From NCBI GenBank assembly GCA_964016885.1, contig CAXHJY010001184.1:32147-96146 (forward strand): DNA of 64,000 nucleotides, read 5' to 3'. Below are positions 14,485 through 25,780 of this stretch, one piece after another; the stretch's first letter is position 1; every line of letters begins with the position of its first letter. The notes under the pieces are model-generated. The model saw only the letters and a program-made list of their open reading frames with translations, made no database searches and was not told where the DNA came from. Made by a program: the position numbers and the translations under genes. Origin of the DNA: Eledone cirrhosa. Its lineage: Eukaryota.

Positions 14485-16033
14485 TGGGCTCTTAGAAAAC
14501 TAGGCGTTGACGAATGGCTTGTGAGGGCTATACAAGCCATGTATAAAGAAACAGTCAGCAAGGTTAGAATTAACAACGAATATAGTGAAGAGTTTAGCGT
14601 AAAAGTTGGCGTCCATCAGGGCTCTGTTCTCAGCCCCCTACTATTTATTATTGCCCTTCAGGCTATAACAGAGGAGTTCAAGACAGGCTGCCCATGGGAA
14701 CTCCTATACGCAGACGACCTGACACTCATAGCGGAATCAATGGCCGAGCTAGAGAAGAAATTCCAAACATGGAAGCACGGCCTAGAGTCAAAAGGACTTA
14801 AAATTAACCTGGCTAAGACCAAAGTTCTAGTTTGTAGGAAAGAAAACAAGGCGGCGGTCCCTTCTGGGAAATGGTCGTGCTCGGTGTGTAGGAAAGGCGT
14901 AGGTAGAAACTCCATTTTGTGTCCTAAATGCAAAGTATGGGTGCATAAAAGATGTAGTGGGATCACAGGTAAGCTAACTAAGAACATAGATTTTACATGT
15001 GGCCGGTGTTCTGGTGCAATAAGTAGCAGCAAGTGCCCACACAATACTAGCTCTTTCAATTGCGCAGAGGGTTCTATAGAAATAGTGGACAGCTTCCGTT
15101 ACCTGGGCGATAAAATCAGCAGTGGGGGAGGGTGCTCTGAAAGTACTGTAGCTAGAGTCAGAACTGGTTGGAAAAAGTTCAGAGAGCTTATACCACTATT
15201 AGCTGCTAAAGGGTTCTCCCTAAAAATGAAAGGCAGGTTGTACGATGCCTGCATACGAACAGCAATGTTGCATGGCAGTGAGACCTGGGCATTGTGTGCA
15301 GAGGATATACGCAGACTAGAGAGGAACGAAGCTTGCATGCTCCGCTGGATGTGTAACAGTAATATACGTGAACGGCAAAGCATAAACGAACTAAGGAAAA
15401 AATTAGAGATAAGAGGGATCAGATGTTGTTTACTCGAGAGAAGGCTACGTTGGTATGGACACGTGATGCGCATGAAAGTCGATAGCTGTATAACAAAGTG
15501 CAGGGCAATAAAGATAGACGGTAGCCACGGAATAGGCAGACCTAGAAAAACCTGGGACGAGCTGATAAACTCCGACCTCACACACTTACACCTCTCCAAG
15601 ACAATGTCACTGGACCGAGACCTTTGGCGGTACTCAGTAACAGAGAAGACCCGCCTTGCCAGTAGGCATCTCTAACAAAATACACCCCGTCCCACCACCA
15701 CCACCCCCACCCCATCCACACCACCCCGTCCTATGTAAAGTTATGTTGGTGCCGCGCCATCCGGGCCGAAACAAATGAGATCGTGTAGGTGTCACGACAA
15801 AAAAACACACAGTCCACGCTGTAATGTGGCCGTGTAGGCAACACGGTAAAAACCTCCCAGACCCACACTGTAAATGTGGTTGGTGTTAGGAAGGGCATCC
15901 AACTGTAGAAAACCTGCCAGACAGTCCTATGCGAGCAAGACAATCACTCTTGCCTCAAGTGGGACTACCCCCGTCCAAACCCATGCAAGCGTGGAACACG
16001 GACGTTAAACGTTGATGATGATGATGATGATGA
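14485..16033 (+). mobile_element. RTE LINE family A, 5'-truncated (RT C-terminal half, 3' UTR, (GAT)n tail)
   Basis: GVHQGSVLSPLLF, LLYADD, FRYLG, RLRWYGHV, GRPRKTW motifs; ORF ends 15675. ORF-track start 14428 lies in the upstream repeat. Confidence 0.95.
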
Positions 16034-16085
16034 TATATAAATTTATGTATATATAATATTATGTACATATACATATTTATGTGTC

Positions 16086-16134
<49 letters not shown>

Positions 16135-16770
16135 ACAGACACTCAGAGTTAGGTGGATAAATATAAAGAGCAAAAATATGAGTCTCCCAATAGAAAATAA
16201 AGAAAGCAGCAGCAGGGGACATTATTAATAAGACATTATTAATGACAATGATGTTTATTATGATCACAACGAATTGATAATAACAATAACAATGATAATA
16301 ATTATCCTGATGATGGTGATGATGCTGATGATGTTTTTAATGCAAACGAAGGTCAAATAATACAAAATAAAACAAAAAATTTACAATAATAATTTCATCA
16401 TTGATAACAATTGCTGGTGTTATTGAGGCTGTAAGAAATAACAAGAACTTCTACCAATTCCTCCTTAAATATTGTTAACAGGGTTGGCTATTCATTTCCT
16501 CTCCTGTATATATATTTTTTTTATCCCTGGTCATATTATTATGTTGACCTATTTCTGTATCTTCCTAATGTGGACATGTTGCTAGAGGGGCCAAATATGT
16601 TTTGAAACATTTTATTGAGAACAACATGTAAACAACTTATAATAGCAGAGCAGAGGTCTTCTCATCGTGTGTGTGCGTGTGTGCGTGTGTGTGCACATGC
16701 ACTGAATACTTACACACACACACACATATATTATATATATAATATATGTCCACAGGTATGCATATTTCTG

Positions 16771-16833
<63 letters not shown>

Positions 16834-16868
16834 ACAAAAATAATGCATGTATACAAAAATAATGTATG

Positions 16869-16912
<44 letters not shown>

Positions 16913-17039
16913 TGTATATGTTTGTGTGTGTTTTAGCTATCAAATATGGTTAAAATAACCAAAGACTTTCTGAAATCAATTTTAACCTGTTTACATTTGA
17001 TACAGAAACAAATCTGCCCATGTTGGGAGACCCAGAACC

Positions 17040-17805
17040 TCTGAGCAGTAGTCAGTGACATTGGACACCATGCTTTGCAGCATTGAGTTTCGCCCCTTTA
17101 GGTTCGTCATCCTCATCATCATTTAAGATCCATTTTCCATGCTCGCATGGGTTAAACTATGGATTCTGACTTCAAATCCTGTTGAGGTTAGCTTTGCCTT
17201 TCATACTTACGGTGTCATTAAAATAAAGTACCAGTTACACACTGGAGTTGATTTTGTCAACTTTCCCTTCCCTCAAAACTGATGGCCTAGTAACTAAATC
17301 AAAAAACGATTATTATTATTTTTGGTAGAGGGCCGGATGCTATGCTTTGCAGCATAGAATTACATCTCTTTACAGTCAGAGTTCAAATCCCGTCGAGATT
17401 AGCTTTGCCTTTCATCCTTATGGGGTCGATAAAATAAAGTACCAGTAATGCACTGGGCTCAATTTAATCGACTTTCCCTTTCCCCCAAAATTGTTGGCCT
17501 TGTGCCTAAATCAGAAACCATTATTATTATTATTGTATCTTGTATGATCTGAGTTCAAATCCCGCCAAGGTTAACTTTGCCTTTCATCCTTACGGGGTCG
17601 ATAAAATAAAGTACCAGTAATGCACTGGGTAATTGCTGGCTTTGTGCCTAAAGTAGAAACAATTATTATTATTATTATTATTATATCCTGCCGAGGTTAA
17701 CTTTGCCTTTCATCCTTACGGGGCTGATAATATAAAGTACCAGTAATGCACTGGGTAATTGCTGGCCTTGTGCCTAAAGTAGAAACAATTATTATTATTA
17801 TTATG
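17040..17805 (+). mobile_element. Head-to-tail array of tRNA-derived SINEs with (ATT)n tails
   Basis: Repeated gagttcaaatccc (B box) ... tttgcctttcatccttacggggtcgataaaataaagtaccag units, at least four. Confidence 0.85.
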
Positions 17806-18608
17806 TTTTCCAATTCCCCCATATAAACCATAACATTTGCTTACCTAATCATACATTTTTATTTTATTATTTTTTCTTAACTGGTTTGATATGTTATTTT
17901 ACAATATAAGCTAGTAGTAGTAAATCAGGTTTGATTATCTATTAATATATAATAATCTCTTCTTTTCTTTCTTTTTTTCTTTTATTTTTTGTCTTCTCAT
18001 ATAGTATTTCCATGTTAGAAATATTATTATGAGTTTTAAATATTTAAATATATTGGAGAATTGGGACTTAGGCTTGAGTGTTAATTATATTGACATGGTG
18101 TAAGACTAAAAAGAAAAAAAAGAAAAAAAAAAGCAAGAGAAAAGTAGTTTATCTACATTTAGTTTGTTAGTTGACAACATTAGCTATAATTCACCGTACT
18201 ATTGCTGGAAAACAACCATCGATCATGTTAGACATTTATGGTGAAAACAGTACAGTAATTCTTACATTTAACTGTATTTCTCTTCACCATCTACCATCAG
18301 CACCACCACAACCAATCACTACTATTACTACCACTAACACGACAACCACTTTTACTACCACCACCTCCAGCACTTCTACTACTACTACGACTGCCACCTC
18401 TTTTACTACTACCACGACCACCACCACCACTTCTACTACCACTATCACCAAAAAAGAAACAGATAGCTATACTAATAGTAAAAACTTCTCTTCCTTGTCA
18501 AACACAGTTTTTGGACTTTTCTTATTGAAACAAAACAAAACAACTTACACACACAGATACATAGGCATATATATGTATATTATATGTGCATATATATATA
18601 TACACACA

Positions 18609-18706
18609 CAGGGTGTCCCCCAAAAATGTATACACATTTCAACAGCATTCTAGTAAATATTGCCTGTACAGGTAATCAATGTGTATACATTTTTGGGGAC
18701 ACCTTG
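18609..18706. mobile_element. Tc1/mariner-type MITE (second copy, inverted and truncated, at 43328-43418)
   Basis: TIRs cagggtgtcccccaaaaatgtatacaca / tgtgtatacatttttggggacaccttg followed by TA. Confidence 0.8.
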
Positions 18707-18753
<47 letters not shown>

Positions 18754-19029
18754 ATGTGTAAAAAGTAAAAAAGAAATAACAAAGCAAAAGACATAATACA
18801 ATGAAGAAATATATTAGTTTAATGCTTGAAATAGCAGGAAAAGAGTCTTAATGTTTTTGACACTAGTCCTTCATCAGAAGATAGAATGAGAAATAGAAGA
18901 TAAAATAGAAAGATAAAGAGTTAGAAGAGTGGGGAATAAGGAAAACAATGAGAAAAAGAGGTGGAGAAAACACACATGTATAATATATATATATATCAAT
19001 GATATAAACTATATTTATAAAACCATATT

Positions 19030-19090
19030 TATTCTATTATATATATTTCAAGGGTACCAAAATTTTGGTACGCTCTCATCAGATAAAATA
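19030..19090 (-). ncRNA. Type I minimal hammerhead ribozyme motif (Penelope-type)
   Basis: Minus strand: tattttat CTGATGA gagcgtacc aaaatttt ggtaccctt GAAA tatata TA atagaata; 8-bp stem I, stem II, palindromic stem III, AUA triplet. Confidence 0.75.
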
Positions 19091-19181
19091 CAAAGTTTGT
19101 TTTATAAATATTGACATATCTAGGAATGAGACCTTAGCAGTTCAAGTGTTGAATTACCAACAAATTAAATATCCCTTTGCT

Positions 19182-19227
<46 letters not shown>

Positions 19228-19231
19228 AAAA

Positions 19232-19696
19232 AAAACCTGTCAAAGGCCAAAGGAGCTCTTAAGAGTCAATGGCCATCCAAAATCACCAGGAGAGATGACC
19301 CCTTAGCTTTTGTCAAGGCAGAATTCTAGGAGAAGGAAAACTCTTATATAACACCTGCAACCCTGATGGTATCCAATGATGTTGACTTGTTCTTCTTTTT
19401 GGTAAATATCATCTTGGTTAAGAGAGTGGGACTGGCTTTGTGCAGTGCCTTTGCTCACTATAAAAGCTTCATGGCACAGGCATTGCTTTATATCTGGAGA
19501 TCTCTCTACACTTGTCGTCACATGGTACCATGGGCCCAGCACTATGTGTCAATAATTGTCACAAGTGTAGTGTTTGTACCAGAGTTTTCAAGTCGCTGGC
19601 TGGACTAAAACGTCACACTCGTTCAGCGTATCGGTAGGGGTTCTCTTACATGGATATAAAGTAGTGGCCGTACTCGAAAAGGAGTTGGCAGCCACC
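19232..19696 (+). mobile_element. Non-autonomous retroposon family B, 5'-truncated, (TATG)n tail
   Basis: Highly similar to 53072-53680; ends ggcagccacc then (ATGT)n. Confidence 0.85.
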
Positions 19697-19811
19697 ATGT
19701 ATGCATGTATGCATGTATGCATGTATGTATGTATGTATGTATGCATGTTTGTATATATGTATGCATGCATGCATGCATGCATGCTTGTATGTATGTATGT
19801 ATGTATGTATT

Positions 19812-20222
19812 CCGGGAGAGATGATCCCTTAGCCTTTGTCAAGGCAGAATTCTAGGAGAACGAAAACTCTGATATAACACCTGCAACCCTGATGGTATCC
19901 AATGATGTTGACTTGTTCTTCTTTTTGGTAAATATCATCTTGGTTAAGAGAGTGGGACTGGCTTTGTGCAGTGCCTTTGCTCACTATAAAAGCTTCATGG
20001 CACAGGCATTGCTTTATATCTGGAGATCTCTCTGCACTTGTCGTCACATGCTACCATGGGCCCAACACTATGTGTCAATAATTGTCACAAGTGTAGTGTT
20101 TGTACCAGAGTTTTCAAATCGCTGGCTGGACTAAAAAGTCTCACTTGTTCAGCGCATCGGTAGGGGTTCTCCTACATGGATATAAAGTAGTGGCCGTAAT
20201 CGAAAATGAGTTGGCAGCCACC
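19812..20222 (+). mobile_element. Retroposon family B, second copy directly after the tail of the first
   Basis: Same sequence, more 5'-truncated. Confidence 0.85.
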
Positions 20223-20326
20223 ATGTATGTATGTATATGTGTGTGTATGTGTATGTGTGTGTGTTAAGTATTGCTATAGAAAAGGTAAAGGAAAGAAGAG
20301 TTCTCTATGTATAGTACAGAGCTATT

Positions 20327-20475
20327 TAATTACATAATAAACAACACAATATAATTATTCCACTACCGAGGGTTTCAAGAAACTAGATGATTCTTGCAAG
20401 AAACATCTAGCTCGTTCATCTGACAAAAACCTTCGGTAATTAAATAATTATATTGTGTTGTTTATTATGTAATTA
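20327..20475. repeat. Inverted repeat / hairpin element
   Basis: Perfect ~33-bp outer arms plus inner stems taccgagggttt/aaaccttcggta and ctagatg/catctag. Confidence 0.8.
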
Positions 20476-20679
20476 TATATATATATCTATATATATATCT
20501 ATATATAAAGTTGGAGTCATATTTTACATTTTATCCTGCTCTTTTTAACCCAAGAATAATCATTGAAGCTAATAAGAATTATATTTGAAAATAAATAAAA
20601 GCAAAAATGTATTTTACCACGCTTATGATGATAATAATAATTATTTATTTTTATTTTTCCATTTATCTTTTTAAGTAAT

Positions 20680-21452
20680 AATGATTTCTAGTATAGGCAC
20701 AAGGCCAACAATTTTGGGGGAGGGGAAGTCGATAAAATCGCCCCCAGTGCATTATTTGTGCTTTATTTTATCGACTCCGTAAGGATGAAAGACAAAGTTA
20801 ACCTTGGCGGGATTTGAGCTCAGAACAAAGGGCCATAACTATGTTGCAAAGCATGGCGTCCGACCCTCTACTGATACTGCCAATGGTTTCTGATTTAGGG
20901 ACAAGGCCAAGAAATGTGAGGGAGGGGAAAGTCAATTAAACTTCAGTGCATTACAGGTACTTTATTTTATCAGCCCTGTAAGGATGATAGGCAAATTACA
21001 GGACTGGAACTAGGAGTGGAACTAGGAGAATAAAGGGATGTAACTATGCTGCAAAGTATGTTGTCTGACATATACAATAGTTACGTTCCTCTATGTTCTG
21101 AGTTCAAATCCCACCATGGTTAATATCAATGATAATAATTGTTTCTACTTTTGGCACAAGGCCAGCAATTAACCAGTGCATTAGTGGTACTTTATGTTAT
21201 CGACCCCGTAAGGATGAAAGACAAAGTTAACCTTGTCGGGATTTGAACTCAGAATGGCAAGGGCCATAACTATGCGTCAAAGCATGGTGTCCGACCCTCT
21301 ACCAATACTGCCAATCCACCGCCGATAATGGTTTTGATTTAGGCACAAGACTAGCAATTTTGCGGGAGGAGAAGTCAGAATGTAAAGGGAAGTATCTCTA
21401 TGCTGCAAAGCATGGTGTCCAGTGTTTTACCGATTCTGCCAATCCATCACCC
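20680..21452 (-). mobile_element. SINE array, mostly minus orientation, just past the protocadherin donor
   Basis: Repeated tcgaccccgtaaggatgaaagacaaagttaacc...gggatttgaactcag units. Confidence 0.85.
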
Positions 21453-21536
21453 TCTTTAATAATAATAATTACAACAACAACAACAATGGTGATAGTTTTT
21501 TTCACAAAGAAAATGATGGTGTGATATTGGACTTAC

Positions 21537-23918
21537 CTGTGTAGGTGTTGGCAGTTTTCTGGTTAAAGTAGATGTTTTCCAATCATACTGTAATTCCTCT
21601 TCAGTGAATAGCTGACTTCTTGACCTCATCAGCTGAATATTTCTATTTCTCATTTCATCTGAATTTCCTGTTATGACAGCGGAATTGTTCGTTTGAGAGA
21701 TTAAGTGTCTCTTTTCTCTAAAAGACCGATTTGATGTATCTACTGCAGTCATGTGTAAAGCATTTCTCTTGTGACATCTGACAATGCATGCTGTTATGGA
21801 AACAACAACAACAACTGATACAATAACAGATGCCAATGTTATCAGTATTACCAAATTAACATGTATTCTGTTATCCAAAAGTATGTGTTCATTTTTCATC
21901 ATTTTCAGTGTCTTATTGCTGACTATAAGTGTTAATGAAAGATTGGTAGTAGCAGATAAAACTGGGGTCCCGCTATCTCTCACAACACACTGTAGTTTAT
22001 ACAAGCCAGCATCGTTCTGGTAAACTGTACGAGAGAAAGACAACACGCCTGTGTATGAGTCGATTGTGAACAAGCGTTTTTCGTTACCCTTAACAATTTC
22101 GTACTTGAAGAAAGCGTTCCTTGGACTATCTCTGTCGGAGACTTTCAAAATTGAGATGTTATTTCTACTGTTTGGATGATAGTAGACATCAAGATTGAAT
22201 GGGTTCACACTGGGAAAGATGAAATGTGGTGCATTATCGTTTTCATCCATGACTTCAACAATAACATTTGCCTTATTACTTAATGATGGCTGGCCATTGT
22301 CTCTGACCCACACTTGGAACTTGTATATATCCTGTCTTTCACGATCTAGTGATTGTGTTGTGGAAATAAATCCATTATCAGTTATCTTAAAAGGAAGTGA
22401 GCCCTCGTTGGAACTTTGCAGAGAGAAAGTCAGTTGTTTTCCAAGTCCGAGATCTTCATCAGTTGCATTGATGAAACCAACAGGGAAGTTAGGTTCCTCA
22501 TTCTCATAAGTAAGGAACTTAAATGTGTTTTTAGTAAACTGGGGTTGAACATCGTTGACATCCGTCACTTGGATGGAGAAAGCTCTTTCAGTTTTTTGAG
22601 GAGGGAATCCTTTATCAGAACAAATGATTATGATTTGGTAACGGTCTTCTTTTTCTCGGTCAACTGGATTTTTTACTATAATTTTATATTCTTTAGAGTT
22701 TATAGTTAAAAGCTGAAATTTGTCGTGGTGCAGATTACAACTAACTTTCCCATTCTGTCCAATATCATCATCAGTAACCATTACATATGCAATGAAACTG
22801 CTCACTCTAGTGTCCTCAGCTATTATAGCAGTGTTTTCATCTAGAGCAGAGACAAAGTTGACATCAATTTTGGGTTGATTATTTCGGTCATTAATAACAT
22901 TCACTAGAACAAGAGCAATGGAACTTAAGGAAGGCTTTCCTTTGTCGGTTGCTTCAACAAAAAGCATATAACTAACTTTTTCATTGAAATCGAATTCATT
23001 ACTGAGAAAAATCTCCCCAGTTATCTGATTTAAAACAAATTGATATTTGGCAACATCTGAAGTTTTTGAACTAAAGTGGTAAACTATTTTGCCATTTTTA
23101 CCTGAGTCCAAATCATTTGCAAATAGAGTTGTCACTGGAATAGACTTTTGGTGTCTGTTTCTTATCGAAATATTATAGACATTCTGTGAAAAAACTGGGG
23201 AGTTGTCGTTTTCATCAGCAACTGCTATATAGACAGTCAAAATGCTTTGTTTAGGTGGTGATCCTCCATCTCTAGCTATAACTTCCAAAACATATTGATC
23301 TTTAGATTCTCGATCAAGTTTTTCCTCTAAGATAATTTCCAATTTACTGGTACCATCGATTCTCTTGGAATATAATAAAGCAAATGGTTCTTCTGAACTC
23401 TTTTCAAGCTGATACGCAATCTGGGAGTTAAGAACACCCACATCTTTGTCTATGGCATTTGGAACTGAAATCTTGGTTCCTCTACCATCTCGTTCTGAGA
23501 ACTGGATACTAACTTGTGTATGTGGGAATTCTGGCTGATGGTCATTAACATCATCTATAACTATTTTTATTTTCAAAATCTTCATAAAAGTCTTTGCTTG
23601 TCGGACAGCGATTTTGATTGTTTTGAAACATTCTTTGGCGTAAGAACAAAGAGATTCGGCATCCAATACCTGAGCTGTATAAAGCTTTCCATTTTTAGAA
23701 ACATTAAACAATTGAGAGCCAGTGGTTCTACTCTGTTGTATTAAGCTAAACCATACCTTATTCCGGTCTTTCATTTGTACAGTGTCCAGCAGTTTTGTAT
23801 TCGTAGCAATGTTTCCGATATAAGTAGATGGACTCCTGCCTTCCTCCACATGGTAAACAAGATCGACACAAAGAATTTCCGATAGGAATGAGACTAATAC
23901 ACAAAGTGAAAGTAGCAT
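21537..23918 (-). CDS. Protocadherin large coding exon (signal peptide, EC1-EC6, TM, partial cytoplasmic domain; 794 codons)
   Basis: ATG 23918 with signal MLLSLCVLVSFLSEILC; DRE and DxNDxxPxF cadherin motifs (DVNDHQPEF, DENDNSPVF, DVNDVQPQF, DENDNAPHF); C-x5-C in EC1; TM LVILITLASVIVSVVVVVSITACIV; acceptor ttcttctttgcag at 23966/23965; phase-0 donor CAG|GTAAGT at 21537/21536. Unspliced ORF stops at 21456. Confidence 0.95.
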
Positions 23919-24075
23919 ATTCTTCTTTTCTGTTGCAGTTATAATCACAAAATGTCAAAATGATTCTGCAAAGAAGAAGAAAATAGATTTCTCAAAAATA
24001 CAGAAAAATTTAATTAGATAAAACTATGTATATCTAGATGTATCTCTCTCTCCACCTCCTCTCTCACCCCTCTCT

Positions 24076-24126
<51 letters not shown>

Positions 24127-24199
24127 AGCATGGAAAACAGACATAAAATATATATATATATTTAAAAAAGGATTATTTGAAAAATGTCTTTCTAATTCA

Positions 24200-24234
<35 letters not shown>

Positions 24235-24909
24235 GTATTTATATACATACATACAGGTATACATAATACATAAGTATGTGTCCACATCCACACACATATA
24301 ATGAAACAATAACATTTCAAAATTAAATTTTTTCTCTTTTCTGAAAAGAATTTTATTTTATTTTTATATTTAAAGACATTTCTTTTTTTTTTTGTAAAGT
24401 ATCTGAAAAGTAATAAATAAAATCATGCTTCAGCAATTTTGAAAATTCTCTTAAAAATTATGATTTTCCAAGGGAAAAATTTTTCAACTATAGATTTTCT
24501 CTTAACGTCTTTTATGCGACTCCATTGAACTCTAATTGAAATCTCATTGCATCTGATTACATTAATGATAGCTATTGCTCTCTCTATCTCTCTCTTTCAC
24601 ACTCTCATCCTCTATTTCTTTGTCTATTCCTCTTCCTATCTCTCTCTCTCTCTCTCTATCACTCTCTGTCATGTTAATGTGAACATTCTAATATATATAT
24701 ATATATATATGAACAAGCCAACAACAAAAGCTACATTGAATATAAATATCAAAACTAGATAATTATAATGGGTGAGGCACTTTTAAGATATGTATATGAT
24801 TGCTCATTTAGATAGATATATTGCCACTTTCATTCTCTATACTTTACACTATTCTCATTTTCTTTATACAATTTTATCCGTATTTATTATTTTCATTATT
24901 ATATTAGTT

Positions 24910-25780
24910 AGGGTAGTGGATTGGCAGTATCAGTAGAGCATCAGGCAAAGAGTTACGTCACTTTACATTCTGAATTCAAATCCTGCCAAGGTTAGCTTTG
25001 CATTTTATCCCTACAGGGTCGATAAAATAAAGTACCAGTCATGCACTTGGGTCAATTTAATTAACTTTCCCCTCCCCCAAATTGCTGGTCTTGTGCCTAA
25101 ATCAGAAAGCATTATTATTGTTAGTAGTAGTAGTAGTAGTTTGCCAGTATCGGTAGAGCGTCAGACACCATGTTTTGCAGCATAGTTATGGCCCTTTACG
25201 TTCTGAGTTCAAATCCCGCTGAGGTTAACTTTCCTTTTCATCCTTATGGGGTCGATAAAATAAAGTACCAGTAATGCACTGGGATAATTGCAGGCCTTGT
25301 GCCAAAAATAGAAACATTATTATTATTATAGAGGGTGGTGGATTGACAGTATCGGTAGAGTGTCAGACAACTTGCATTGCAGCATATAGTTATGACCCTT
25401 TACACTCTGAGTTCAAATCTTGCCAAGGTTAGCTTTGCCTATTATCCTTAGAGGGTTGCTAAATCAAATTAATAGTGAGACACTGGGGGTCGATTTAGTC
25501 AACTTTTCCCCTTCCCTTCAAATTGCTGGCCTTGTTCTAAAAGTAGAAACAATTATTATATTAGTTTTTACCAGGGTGGCAGACTTGATAGAGTTTCAGC
25601 TCAATTGCCATTGCAGTATTTGTTCTGGCTCTTTACATTCCAAGTTCAAATCTTGCCAATATCAACTTTGATTTTCTTCCTTCCAGTGATCAATAAAATA
25701 ATGTATTAGGGCCAATTTAAACAACTTTTCCCTCCCCTCAAGCTGCTGGCCTTGTGCCTAAATGAGAAACCTTTATTTAT
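24910..25780 (+). mobile_element. SINE array in plus orientation upstream of the protocadherin acceptor
   Basis: Four tandem units (gagttcaaatccc...ggggtcgataaaataaagtaccag...attatt). Confidence 0.85.

Noticed and set aside
19303-20134. Recurrent 79-80 aa ORFs (MVSNDVDL..., MLGPW...)
   Set aside because: They lie inside copies of one repeat, occur on both strands and show no recognisable domain.
21784-23958. Short antisense or alternate-frame ORFs over the protocadherin exon
   Set aside because: Shadow ORFs of the real CDS; the same applies to antisense ORFs over the RTE and transposase sequences.
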